From Rhodanobacteraceae bacterium (GTDB lineage Bacteria > Acidobacteriota > Terriglobia > Terriglobales > Acidobacteriaceae): DNA of 37,135 bases. The stretch lies in contig JAYVZU010000389.1 in the NCBI GenBank assembly GCA_043783075.1, positions 1 to 37,135 on the forward strand. The letters are read 5' to 3'. Under the pieces are notes generated by a model, which saw only the letters and a list, made by a program, of their open reading frames with translations, did no database searches and was not told the DNA's origin. Positions within the stretch are counted from its first letter, which is position 1; each line of letters starts with the position of its first letter. Below, one piece after another: positions 1-8,774 of the stretch. The translations under genes were made by a program, and so were the position numbers.

Positions 1-1
1 G

Positions 2-268
2 CCGGCGCGGCGGCCCGCAGCGGTGGTGATCCCGCTGCGCCGCAATCCGGTGCTGGAAGAGGCGAACCGGTCCGCGCTTGAGGTGCTGCGGCTGGCGCAG
101 GCCGAGTACCGCAAGACCGTCCCGGCGCCGACGCTGAGATGTTCGAGTCGATCAAGCGTGGCATTGGCATCCTGGCCGAAGGCGCTGAAACTGACTGGTA
201 CAGCGACGGCTGGGACGCCGCGCTGGCGGAGGCAACGTTGCGGGTTGCGCTTGAAGACCGGGGTGTGA
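2..268 (+). CDS. 5'-truncated hypothetical protein
   Basis: Only frame open from the window edge (PARRPAAVVIPLRRNPVLEE...); overlaps the next ORF by 130 nt, so its 3' end is doubtful. Confidence 0.3.
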   Translation, partial: PARRPAAVVIPLRRNPVLEEANRSALEVLRLAQAEYRKTVPAPTLRCSSRSSVALASWPKALKLTGTATAGTPRWRRQRCGLRLKTGV

Positions 269-441
269 ACTTTGACCGCAACAGCAGGCTAGACCCCGAC
301 GGTGTGTTTGGCAGGGATATGCGCTTGCGGGGCGACTACAATCCCACATCCGCAGCGCTGGAAACTATCAGGGCGCGCATCGCAGAGAAGATCGCGATGA
401 AACCCCAATGGTATCGATACCACGGAGCACCGAATGCCTGA
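139..441 (+). CDS. hypothetical phage protein
   Basis: 100-aa ORF in a chain of closely packed + strand ORFs. Confidence 0.55.
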   Translation: MFESIKRGIGILAEGAETDWYSDGWDAALAEATLRVALEDRGVNFDRNSRLDPDGVFGRDMRLRGDYNPTSAALETIRARIAEKIAMKPQWYRYHGAPNA

Positions 442-799
442 AGCGCCCATTCATGTTTCAATGTCGAAATACAACATCGCGAGAATGGCCAGCGAGCAAG
501 AGCTGAGGGCTGAGATCTTCCTTCGCTGCGCTGACGCGGGTATGCCTGTGATCTTGTCCCCCACCTCGTATCAGATGCGCGTTGAGAAGGGGACCATCTA
601 CACATGGCAGGACAGGGAGACGGACGATTTAATGGTGCGCTGGGAGCCCGATCAACCGCCACCCTCTACTACCCCCTGGGCCCAGCGGTTTGCGAGCCTG
701 TGGGCGCGCCTGTGCGGGCGCAGCACTACCCCTGCCGTTGCACTGAGCAGCGGCCAGGAGCACGCCGCAACACATCTTCTTCGCAACCGCAACCGATAA
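434..799 (+). CDS. hypothetical phage protein
   Basis: 121-aa ORF overlapping the upstream stop; GGAG upstream of the ATG. Confidence 0.6.
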   Translation: MPEAPIHVSMSKYNIARMASEQELRAEIFLRCADAGMPVILSPTSYQMRVEKGTIYTWQDRETDDLMVRWEPDQPPPSTTPWAQRFASLWARLCGRSTTPAVALSSGQEHAATHLLRNRNR

Positions 800-809
800 G
801 GGCTGCACA

Positions 810-950
810 ATGATTGATTGGATTCTTGCATGGTGGCATCGCTGGTTCGTGTGCAAGCACCGGCATTTAAAGCCAGGCGATGTTGAATACGACGGCACTC
901 TGCACGCAGATTGTGTCGACTGCGGTAAACACTTCAGGATTCGACTATGA
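810..950 (+). CDS. small Cys/His protein, possible Zn ribbon (46 aa; not in the ORF track)
   Basis: MIDWILAWWHRWFVCKHRHLKPGDVEYDGTLHADCVDCGKHFRIRL*; CxH and CxxC motifs; fills the gap and has an ATGA overlap with the next ORF at 947-950. Confidence 0.65.
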   Translation: MIDWILAWWHRWFVCKHRHLKPGDVEYDGTLHADCVDCGKHFRIRL

Positions 951-1180
951 TTCACATCCACGATTTCTGTGTCGACAAGGGCGGGGCACCGACGCCTAAT
1001 TACCCATTCTCCGTAACTGCCACCGGCGTCGTTTGTGGCCTGGGCAAGCTGGTGGGTCTTATTGCGCTGGGTGACGCGATGGTGCAAAGCGTCACCGTCA
1101 GCGCTGGCGCAAAGGTTGACGATTTTACGATGACGGCGGTCACGATTGTTTTCGCTGAAAAGAAAGAACGCGCCAAATGA
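947..1180 (+). CDS. hypothetical phage protein
   Basis: 77 aa, ATGA-coupled on both sides. Confidence 0.6.
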   Translation: MIHIHDFCVDKGGAPTPNYPFSVTATGVVCGLGKLVGLIALGDAMVQSVTVSAGAKVDDFTMTAVTIVFAEKKERAK

Positions 1181-1629
1181 TCCACGTCGTCAATAAGGGC
1201 AAGGAAGGTGAGCGCGAGATCGTGCGCTTGCTGCGCGAGGTGATTGAGCAGTGCATCGCAAGCGAACCATCCTGGGACGCGGAAACGATGCAGCTCCTGC
1301 GCACCGCACCGCAGCGCAACCAGAACCAGAGCGCTGTGGGCGGGTGCGATATCAACCTGCTGGGCATCGCGTTCGAGGTGAAGCGCCAGCAGGTCGTGTC
1401 CATCCCAGCTTGGTGGCGTCAATGCACCGCGAGCGCTGTCAGTGTCAACCTGCTGCCCGTGCTGCTGTACCGACAGAACAACAAGGCCTGGAATGTGGTC
1501 ATGCGCGCTGACATACCCTACAGCCCCACGGGGGCGCTCACTGCCGTTGTTCGCATCGATTTGGATACATTCAAAGCCTGGTTCTACCAATGGGTCAAGG
1601 ACCGGGTGCGGCGCGGCTTACTGACTTGA
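1177..1629 (+). CDS. PD-(D/E)xK nuclease, putative Holliday junction resolvase
   Basis: N-terminal KGKEGERE, GGCDI, FEVKR and downstream W..Q...PVLLYRQN..W pattern typical of phage Hjc-like resolvases. Confidence 0.8.
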   Translation: MIHVVNKGKEGEREIVRLLREVIEQCIASEPSWDAETMQLLRTAPQRNQNQSAVGGCDINLLGIAFEVKRQQVVSIPAWWRQCTASAVSVNLLPVLLYRQNNKAWNVVMRADIPYSPTGALTAVVRIDLDTFKAWFYQWVKDRVRRGLLT

Positions 1630-1666
1630 TAGTTTGGCAGGGGCGCTGATACCCTATACTGCCAGG

Positions 1667-2146
1667 ATGTCAGACTATGTAACTCCCCCCAGCACGATGG
1701 ACGCGGCTATGCTGTCGCCCGGTCTTTCGGAATCTGAAATGCGGTTCCGGGACTTGTTCGTCAGAGAATACCTCAAAGACTTTGATGCGCTCGCTGCGGT
1801 GATTCGTATGGGGTTCATGGCGCAGTATGCGCCTGACTATGCGAAACGAATGATGTTCTGCTGGTATGTGCGCCAGCAGTTGAGCAACGCTGAAGAATCC
1901 GATGACTACACCGCAACCCCGGAGGTTCAGAAACGTCAGGTGTTCAAATTGCTCAAGCGCGAAGCCACCTACCAAGGCGCGGGAAGCACACACGGCGCCC
2001 GCGTGCAAGCGCTGGGTAAGCTGGCTGATTTCCTTGGTATGAACGCACCAGTGAAGACCGTCACCGACGTGAACCTGTCGGGTGGCGTTCAATTCTACAT
2101 CCCCCACAATGGCCGGGAATCAAACCCAGCACAGGAGCAACCATGA
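1667..2146 (+). CDS. terS: terminase small subunit
   Basis: F..EYL.D.DA..A..R.G HTH-like N-terminus and RVQALGKLA..LGM motif; lies upstream of terL; ATG at 1667 preferred to TTG at 1634. Confidence 0.8.
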   Translation: MSDYVTPPSTMDAAMLSPGLSESEMRFRDLFVREYLKDFDALAAVIRMGFMAQYAPDYAKRMMFCWYVRQQLSNAEESDDYTATPEVQKRQVFKLLKREATYQGAGSTHGARVQALGKLADFLGMNAPVKTVTDVNLSGGVQFYIPHNGRESNPAQEQP

Positions 2147-2526
2147 GCCGAACATTCTATGAAACCCTGAACCGCCTGCAGACCCTCGGGGATTTGGAGA
2201 AGGGCGCGCAACCGGGCCACGAGTTCTACGGGAACCAGCATACGGGCGGGGGCGGCGAAGCTAAACATCGTTCCGCAGCAAAGGCTCACGACAAAATGGC
2301 GTCAAGGCATGACGACATTGCTGATACTCACCGCGAGGCAGGTGACAGGCAATCTGCAAAGGCTCACGCCGCGGCTGCCAATGCTCATAGGAATGCGTCT
2401 TCAGCGCACACAGCAGCGGCCTCAGCGCATGCGCTTTCGAACCCTGACGCGCATTCAAAGAGCACTGAGGCATCTGTTTCGTCAAGCCACGCCAACAGTA
2501 GCTCCGCAAGCCTTGGCGTGAAGTAA
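2143..2526 (+). CDS. His/Ala-rich protein with GHEFYGNQHT motif, possible internal virion protein
   Basis: GGAG RBS, ATGA coupling to terS, His at heptad spacing. Confidence 0.7.
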   Translation: MSRTFYETLNRLQTLGDLEKGAQPGHEFYGNQHTGGGGEAKHRSAAKAHDKMASRHDDIADTHREAGDRQSAKAHAAAANAHRNASSAHTAAASAHALSNPDAHSKSTEASVSSSHANSSSASLGVK

Positions 2527-2529
2527 CCC

Positions 2530-4056
2530 ATGGCCCAGCAAGCGCTGGGCGCTGCGATCGCGGGCCACAGTACCGTACCCCTTGCACAGCGCCCGCCCAA
2601 GCGCATAGGGCCCCAGCCAGGCCCGCAGGAGCAATTTCTAAGCACGAGCGCCGACATCGCTATCTACGGCGGTGCAGCGGGTGCGGGTAAGACGTGGGCT
2701 ATCCTGATGGAGTGCCTGCGCCATGCGCCCACGAACCTCGAGTTCGCTGCGGTCATATTCCGACGCACCATGCCCCAGATCAAGAATCCGGGTTGCCTGT
2801 GGGACGAGTCCGAGAAGCTATACCCGCTGACGGGTGCCACGCCCACCTCCTCGATATCCGAGTGGGACTGGGATAAGGGTGGCAAGGTCAAGTTCTCCCA
2901 CCTCGAGCATGAGAAGAACAAACTAGATTGGCAGGGGTCGCAGATCCCGCTAATCATATTCGACGAGTTGACGCATTTCAGCGCCAGCCAATTCTTCTAC
3001 CTGATGTCTCGGAACCGCTCCATGTGCGGGGTGAAGCCGTACATCCGTGCAACCACGAACCCGGATGCCGATAGCTGGGTGGCGTCGTTCATCGCATGGT
3101 GGATTGACAAGGACACAGGGTTCCCGATACCTGAGCGATCAGGCAAAGTTCGATGGTTCATCCGAGTTAATGACGTTCTTCTGTGGGCTAACAGCCGCGA
3201 GGAGCTGCTGACCGAGTATGGAAACCCGAACCTGCCCCTTGACCACGAGGAGCAGGTGCAGCCCAAGTCCGTGACGTTCATACCGGGCAAGCTGAGCGAT
3301 AACCCAGCGCTGATGAAAGCGGATCCGGGGTATCTAGCGACTCTGAAATCTCTGCCCTTGGTAGAGCAGGCGCGTCTGCTGGGTGGTAACTGGAAGATTC
3401 GTCCCGCGGCAGGCCTGTACTTCAAGCGGGAATGGATACCGATTGTGGATGCAGTACCCGCTGACCTGGATGTGGTCAGGTATTGGGATCTGGCCGCAAC
3501 GGAGAAGACAGATCAGAATGACCCTGATTGGACAGCAGGCGTCAAACTAGCACGCGACCGGAAGACTGGGATATACTACTGGCTGGATACTGTGTCATGC
3601 CGCAAGTCCCCCCACGGAGTAAAGAAACAACTCCGTGACACTGCTGAACTTGATACTGTGTCGGTCAGAATTGGTTTGCCAAAAGACCCAGGGCAAGCCG
3701 GGAAATCCCAAGCCAGCGACCTAGTTGGCCATCTTAGCGGGTTCACCGTTCGTGCAAGATCAGAGCGAGGTGATAAGATTGTTCGATTCGGCCCATTCAG
3801 TGCGCAGTGCCAGGCGGGCAATGTTCGTGCCCTGCGCGGCGCATGGAATGACGCCGCATTCACCTGCCTTGAAGCGTTTCCGCAAGCACTACACGATGAC
3901 GAAGTGGATGCCTGCAGCGGTGCATTCTCCATGCTGAACGACGGCAATACAGGTCTTCTGGATTATTACAAGGCAGAAGCTGAATCGGTGAAAACCGCAG
4001 CCGCAGCCGCATCAACAAGCGTAGGGCCTGCCGCTTTCATGCAGGCATTCAGATAA
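2530..4056 (+). CDS. terL: terminase large subunit (Terminase_6-like)
   Basis: Walker A GGAAGAGKT, Walker B LIIFDELTHF, coupling motif RATTNP, nuclease motifs YWDLA and HDDEVDA. Confidence 0.95.
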   Translation: MAQQALGAAIAGHSTVPLAQRPPKRIGPQPGPQEQFLSTSADIAIYGGAAGAGKTWAILMECLRHAPTNLEFAAVIFRRTMPQIKNPGCLWDESEKLYPLTGATPTSSISEWDWDKGGKVKFSHLEHEKNKLDWQGSQIPLIIFDELTHFSASQFFYLMSRNRSMCGVKPYIRATTNPDADSWVASFIAWWIDKDTGFPIPERSGKVRWFIRVNDVLLWANSREELLTEYGNPNLPLDHEEQVQPKSVTFIPGKLSDNPALMKADPGYLATLKSLPLVEQARLLGGNWKIRPAAGLYFKREWIPIVDAVPADLDVVRYWDLAATEKTDQNDPDWTAGVKLARDRKTGIYYWLDTVSCRKSPHGVKKQLRDTAELDTVSVRIGLPKDPGQAGKSQASDLVGHLSGFTVRARSERGDKIVRFGPFSAQCQAGNVRALRGAWNDAAFTCLEAFPQALHDDEVDACSGAFSMLNDGNTGLLDYYKAEAESVKTAAAAASTSVGPAAFMQAFR

Positions 4057-4066
4057 AGGAGCTTTC

Positions 4067-4348
4067 ATGACGATTCGCCTGCACCCTCCCGGCACCGCTC
4101 AAACGAACACCGTCAGTGGTGGCCGTACCTATGTCGGCGCCCCCGGCACCCCTCAGGACATCCCGTTTGATGACGACGCGCGCCAGCTGATGGCCAACGG
4201 TTGGATCAAGGTCGGTGAGCAGAGCGGCACAACTGCGCAGCGTCCGGTGCGACCGTGGAGCGGGTACGCCTATTTCGATCAAACCCTCGGATACCTGATC
4301 CACTGGGACAACAAGGCTTGGCGCGGTCCCACTGGCTCTGCGGTTTAA
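4067..4348 (+). CDS. small virion structural protein
   Basis: Strong AAGGAG RBS; GTTAQRP...YFDQTLG...W motif common in phage fibre-associated proteins. Confidence 0.7.
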   Translation: MTIRLHPPGTAQTNTVSGGRTYVGAPGTPQDIPFDDDARQLMANGWIKVGEQSGTTAQRPVRPWSGYAYFDQTLGYLIHWDNKAWRGPTGSAV

Positions 4349-4473
4349 TCGCGGGTCCAAGAAATGGCGCCCGTCGGAAAAAATGACGCGGACTGGCACT
4401 GCCCGCTGTTATCGGTATGCGCAAGATAAAGACCCGCCTCGATACCCTGATTAACCACAGGCCCTGAGACCAA

Positions 4474-4608
4474 ATGGCCAACCGCTACAGCATCCCCTCT
4501 GGCCTGGCATCGGCCATTGCCACCTGGGATGGTGCCGCAAGCGTGCCTGTCAGCGGCGACCGGGTGCTGATCAGCCATCCGGGTACTGCCACCAACGGAG
4601 TGACCTGA
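4474..4608 (+). CDS. 44-aa mini-ORF paralogous to the N-terminus of the following large protein
   Basis: MANRYSIPSGLASAIATWDGAASVPVSGDRVLISHPGTATNGVT* resembles MATITSAATSLWSATGTWVGAVVPVLGDKVTIANGHT; in frame with 4612. Confidence 0.5.
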   Translation: MANRYSIPSGLASAIATWDGAASVPVSGDRVLISHPGTATNGVT

Positions 4609-4611
4609 CCA

Positions 4612-7600
4612 ATGGCTACCATCACCTCGGCCGCTACTAGCCTATGGAGCGCCACCGGCACCTGGGTCGGCGCAGTCGTGCCCGTGCTGGGCGACAAGGT
4701 GACCATCGCCAACGGCCACACGGTCACGGTCGATGGCACCTACTCCGTGGGCGACGACACCACCACGGCGCTCACGATCAACGGCGTGCTCAAGGCCAGC
4801 CGCACGGTCAGCAGCGACCTGACGGTGCGGGGTGGCGTGACCTCGACGCAGCTTATCACAAGCGGCTCGGCTGCGGGGCTTGACTACGGCACCGAGGCCG
4901 ACCCCATCCCCGTCGCCTACACCGCGATCCTGCGGCTCAACGACAGCGCCGCGTTGGCGAATGGGAAGTACAGCCTGAACTTCCCGCGTGGGCAGTTCTT
5001 CAGGGCCTGGGGCGCAGCCAAAAAGCCGTGGACCCGGCTCACGGTGGGGGTTGCCGTATCGGCAGGGTCGTTCAGCGTCGCCGATGCCACAGGCTGGGCC
5101 AGCAACGACTGGCTGTACCTTGCCAGCACCACGGACGGCACGCCGAGCGCGCACGACTACGTGCAGATCACCTCGGTGACGGGAACCGGCCCGTACACGG
5201 TCAACGTCGCGCCAACCCTGAGTTTCGTCCACGCGGTCAGCGCCCCCGTGGCGAACATGACCCGCAACGTGGTGTTCAGGCCGGCGAACATCGCGTTCGG
5301 CTCGCCGATCCTGCTGTCCCTTTCCGGCGACACGGCGGCCAACATCAATACCTACTGTTCGCAGCGGTACGAGATTGGCTACGCCGAGTTCTACTGCCTG
5401 GGCTCGACGGCGCTTGGCGGAAATACCGGCATCGACCCCGTAACGATCCTACTGATCGACAACAAAACCGTGACCATTACCCCGATCAAGAAGCTCTACG
5501 GGATCAGCGGGCACAACCCTAAGTCCGGCACGGTGACAAGTGGCACCGGTTCGGTGATGCCGTACGGCGGCGGCACCGTCAATCCGTTCACGATGGACTG
5601 GTGCGTTGGGTACTCCCGTAACGCTGCTGCTATTTCATTTAAGTACGGAGTTTGCATCACCGGCAACAACCTGTGCGGCATCTACGGAGTGTCCTCTCTT
5701 GAGTTCAGCGGTTCGACCGGGCCGATCAACACCACCATCAACGGCAGTTTTTTCGGGGGTGGCACCGTTGCGGGTGCGTTTCTGAACCTGGGCATCGGAA
5801 ACCGCCTCAACAACTGCGACATCAGTGCATCCCTCAACGCGGTTGTTCCGGGGTTCGGCGGCCCCACGGTGCTTGACGCATGCCGCATCGGAACAGGCGC
5901 CGGCAACGCCAAGAGCACCAACATGCTCGGATTTACGAACATCTCGTCGCCTGGGGCGGTCGGCGACTTCACGATTCAGAACTGCACTCTGCAAGCCTAC
6001 GCACGCACTGACGTTCACAACACCGACCAGAATTGTTCCGACAACACCCTGGTCAAGCTGTACACGAACGCGGGCACTGACGACTACTACCAAATGCGCT
6101 ACGGGTTCGATGCCTATGCTGAGGTCGGCGTCATCAACCGGGGCACGCGCAGCCTCAAGCTCATGCCGTCCAAGGCGTCTGCGGCCTGCGCCTACACGGC
6201 GTCCCAGCCGGGCGGCGTTGCCGGCAAAGCCTTCCGGGTGGTCGGCTATGTGCGGCTCAATAGCACCTACGGTACGTCGCCTATCACCGTCACCCTGTCA
6301 GGGCAGGGCTCCACTCTAGCCACCTTTATCAGCAGCACTGTAGCCGACACGTGGCAGAAGTTTGACTTGACGGTCACGCCCACGAGCAACGGCGCGCTGT
6401 CCTTGGTGGTCAGTGGCCTGTCGAGCAACACCACCACGGCAGCTTTCTACCTCGACGGCGTGTACAACGACCCCTTCACGTACACCTTCGGCCACTACGG
6501 GTTCGCGTATTCCGCGCTCGCCTACCGCACCGTTGACCCGGTGGTCCAGATCACCGAGTCAGCGGCATCGGCCCTGACCGGCATCAGCTACGCAGCCGGC
6601 ACGCTCACCATCAGCGGCAGCCGCAGCATCCGCGAAATCTACGACTGGATGAAGTGGTACGAGGCCAGCAACCGCCTGGCGCCGATCATCACCAGCGCGG
6701 ATGGCGTGGCGTTTGTGCTGGCCGCCGCGCTGGTGATGGGCGCGGCCGCTGCCATCACCGGCACCGGTGCGCTGACCATCGGCGCCAACACCCTGACGCT
6801 GGGCGCGAGCGCCACCAGCACTGTCAACGTGACGCACTCGGCCGGCGTGTGGACCACGGTGACAGTGACGGGCTTGATCGACGGCACCACGCTGATCGTC
6901 GACAACAGCACCACAAGCGCCAACCTCTACACCGGCACGCCGGGCGCCAGCTGGTCAGCCAACATCCAATGGCCCAACGCCAACCACAGCATCCGCGTTC
7001 GCGCCAGGTACGTCGTGGGTGCCGTGGCCAAGACACCCATCGACACCACCGGCACGCTCACCAGCACGGGTTTGATCCTGGCAGTGGCGCAGACGACCGA
7101 CACCTACTACACCCTGGACGGGTCGGCCATCACCGGCATCACGTTCAGCGGCCCAGCGGTCACGGCCAGCATCACCACCACGCAGACCCTGGCCAAGCTG
7201 TACGCCGCAGCGGTCTACTGGGCCTCACAGACGGGCAATTTTGGGTACGCCACGCCCGTAAGCACAGCCGACGGCATCAACTACCTGAGCGGCTACGCCA
7301 TCACCGTGGCGGCCGCTGTGGCCATCACCGGGGCGGGGGCCATCAGCCTGGGCGCGGCGGCGCTCTCGGTGGGCGCTGGCGCCACCAGCACCGTGGTCTG
7401 GGCTTACAGCAGCGGCGCGGCAGCTTGGGTGCAGGTCAACGTGACCGGCATCGTCAACGGCAGCCGGGTGCAGGTATACAACTCGACCACCAGCACCGAG
7501 CTATCCAACAGCGTGCCGGGCACCACACTGGCGATCAACGCGATCTGGACCACCAACCACACGTTGCGCCTGCGCGTGGCCTATCAGTCGGGCGTCACGG

Positions 7601-8088
7601 CCATGGTGCCCGTGCAGGCCATCGGGCTGCTGACCAACACCGGGGCATCGTTCTTGGTCGCGCAGGTCAGTGACACGATCTACAACACCCTGGCCATCGA
7701 CGGCAGCACCTGCACTGAGTTCACGGCCGATTTTCCGAACCTGCAGATTGACGTGAGCGGGGTCAACCGAGCCACCACGGTGCAGCGCGTCTATGCCTGG
7801 GCAGCGTGGGCGCAATGCACCACGCAGGGCATCGCGGCGATGTTTCGGGCCGTGATTGCATCGGACGCCATCAATTTTCAGATCGATGTCACGGTCGTGA
7901 ATGCCCAAATTGACAACGTATCTGCGACGCCGGCAATCATCGGCGGGGGCTACCTGGCGCGGTCGGACGGCACCACGGTGATTGCATCCATGTCGGGCTC
8001 GATCCAGATGGACCCGAGCAAAGCATACACAGCGCCGAGCCTCCCGGCTGCGCTTGCTGCTGCGGTCTGGTCTCAGGTGCTACCATGA
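4612..8088 (+). CDS. large beta-rich fibre/adhesin-like virion protein (G8-like N-terminus, probable beta-helix and carbohydrate-binding-like segment, C-terminal repeats)
   Basis: 1158 aa, rich in T/A/G/S; W..ATW.G..VP..GD.VTI..GHTVT.D N-terminal motif; internal ~190-aa repeats. Confidence 0.7.
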   Translation: MATITSAATSLWSATGTWVGAVVPVLGDKVTIANGHTVTVDGTYSVGDDTTTALTINGVLKASRTVSSDLTVRGGVTSTQLITSGSAAGLDYGTEADPIPVAYTAILRLNDSAALANGKYSLNFPRGQFFRAWGAAKKPWTRLTVGVAVSAGSFSVADATGWASNDWLYLASTTDGTPSAHDYVQITSVTGTGPYTVNVAPTLSFVHAVSAPVANMTRNVVFRPANIAFGSPILLSLSGDTAANINTYCSQRYEIGYAEFYCLGSTALGGNTGIDPVTILLIDNKTVTITPIKKLYGISGHNPKSGTVTSGTGSVMPYGGGTVNPFTMDWCVGYSRNAAAISFKYGVCITGNNLCGIYGVSSLEFSGSTGPINTTINGSFFGGGTVAGAFLNLGIGNRLNNCDISASLNAVVPGFGGPTVLDACRIGTGAGNAKSTNMLGFTNISSPGAVGDFTIQNCTLQAYARTDVHNTDQNCSDNTLVKLYTNAGTDDYYQMRYGFDAYAEVGVINRGTRSLKLMPSKASAACAYTASQPGGVAGKAFRVVGYVRLNSTYGTSPITVTLSGQGSTLATFISSTVADTWQKFDLTVTPTSNGALSLVVSGLSSNTTTAAFYLDGVYNDPFTYTFGHYGFAYSALAYRTVDPVVQITESAASALTGISYAAGTLTISGSRSIREIYDWMKWYEASNRLAPIITSADGVAFVLAAALVMGAAAAITGTGALTIGANTLTLGASATSTVNVTHSAGVWTTVTVTGLIDGTTLIVDNSTTSANLYTGTPGASWSANIQWPNANHSIRVRARYVVGAVAKTPIDTTGTLTSTGLILAVAQTTDTYYTLDGSAITGITFSGPAVTASITTTQTLAKLYAAAVYWASQTGNFGYATPVSTADGINYLSGYAITVAAAVAITGAGAISLGAAALSVGAGATSTVVWAYSSGAAAWVQVNVTGIVNGSRVQVYNSTTSTELSNSVPGTTLAINAIWTTNHTLRLRVAYQSGVTAMVPVQAIGLLTNTGASFLVAQVSDTIYNTLAIDGSTCTEFTADFPNLQIDVSGVNRATTVQRVYAWAAWAQCTTQGIAAMFRAVIASDAINFQIDVTVVNAQIDNVSATPAIIGGGYLARSDGTTVIASMSGSIQMDPSKAYTAPSLPAALAAAVWSQVLP
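6559..7890 (+). repeat. about 2.3 copies of a ~190-aa protein-level repeat
   Basis: Units start near 6559 (SAASALTGIS), 7117 (DGSAITGIT) and 7699 (DGSTCTEF); shared segments include IY.W/LY.A/VYAW, ADG/SDA, AITG.GA..., V.VTG...G, NH..R.R..Y and VAQ..DT.Y. Confidence 0.75.
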
Positions 8089-8450
8089 CCACAGCAGCGC
8101 AGCGCATGCGGGCGATTGGCGGGCTCACTGGTGCTACGGCTGGGGACAACCTGAGGGCGGCTGCCGGGGGCAGCCTGCGTGCGGTTGCGGCGCTGCTGGC
8201 AGCATACTCACATCTCAACAACGTGAGTGCAACGGCGCACCTGTGGCGTATCAATCCGAAGCTTTTCCTCTCCACTGGTGAAGTGCGAACCTATAGCATT
8301 GCGGCGCGAAAACGAAACCGACTGGCAACCGCTGTCGCGCGTACCAACAGCGTGGCGCAGAAAAGGATTCTATTCGTAGCCGCAGCCCCTCGAAATTATA
8401 AGGTGTCTGCCCGTGTTCGGAATTACACTTGCACCGCCAAGGCGCCTTGA
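8085..8450 (+). CDS. hypothetical virion protein with an Arg-spaced C-terminal region
   Basis: ATGA-coupled to the large protein; C-terminal RTYS..RKR..RTNS..RNYKV..RNYT. Confidence 0.65.
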   Translation: MTTAAQRMRAIGGLTGATAGDNLRAAAGGSLRAVAALLAAYSHLNNVSATAHLWRINPKLFLSTGEVRTYSIAARKRNRLATAVARTNSVAQKRILFVAAAPRNYKVSARVRNYTCTAKAP

Positions 8451-8459
8451 GACCAGACC

Positions 8460-8747
8460 ATGTTCAGTCCAAAAGATCCAGCTGAGATTATCACCCTCAC
8501 ATTCGATTTCGCAGCACTGACGATGACGCCGACCTTACCTGTGGTCACCGTCAGTGCTCTGACGTATAGCGCGGATCCGTCCCCGTCAGGTATCCTATAC
8601 GGCAGCCCAGCCGTAACCGGTGCTAAGATCACTCAAATGATTCGAAACGGCGTGAGCGGAGTTTATTACGAAGTGACGTGCCAAGTGGATAGCGGCGGAG
8701 AACGATATACTATGACGGAAGTGCTTCCCGTCCTTCGTCAATTCTAA
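8460..8747 (+). CDS. small KDP-motif fibre adaptor-like protein
   Basis: KDPAE....FDF N-terminus and G..G..Y.VTC.V....GE C-terminus. Confidence 0.7.
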   Translation: MFSPKDPAEIITLTFDFAALTMTPTLPVVTVSALTYSADPSPSGILYGSPAVTGAKITQMIRNGVSGVYYEVTCQVDSGGERYTMTEVLPVLRQF

Positions 8748-8774
8748 TAGGCACCCGCCAACCGGAGATTCAAT

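Noticed and set aside
6654-7673. 339-aa alternate-frame ORF rich in His/Arg
   Set aside because: Frame-shifted reading of ACC/GCC/GGC-rich codons in the fibre gene
4465-8455. TGAGACCA direct repeat (4465-4472, 8448-8455) flanking the fibre module as a target-site duplication
   Set aside because: Only 8 bp, plausible by chance in 37 kb, and no transposase or recombinase nearby
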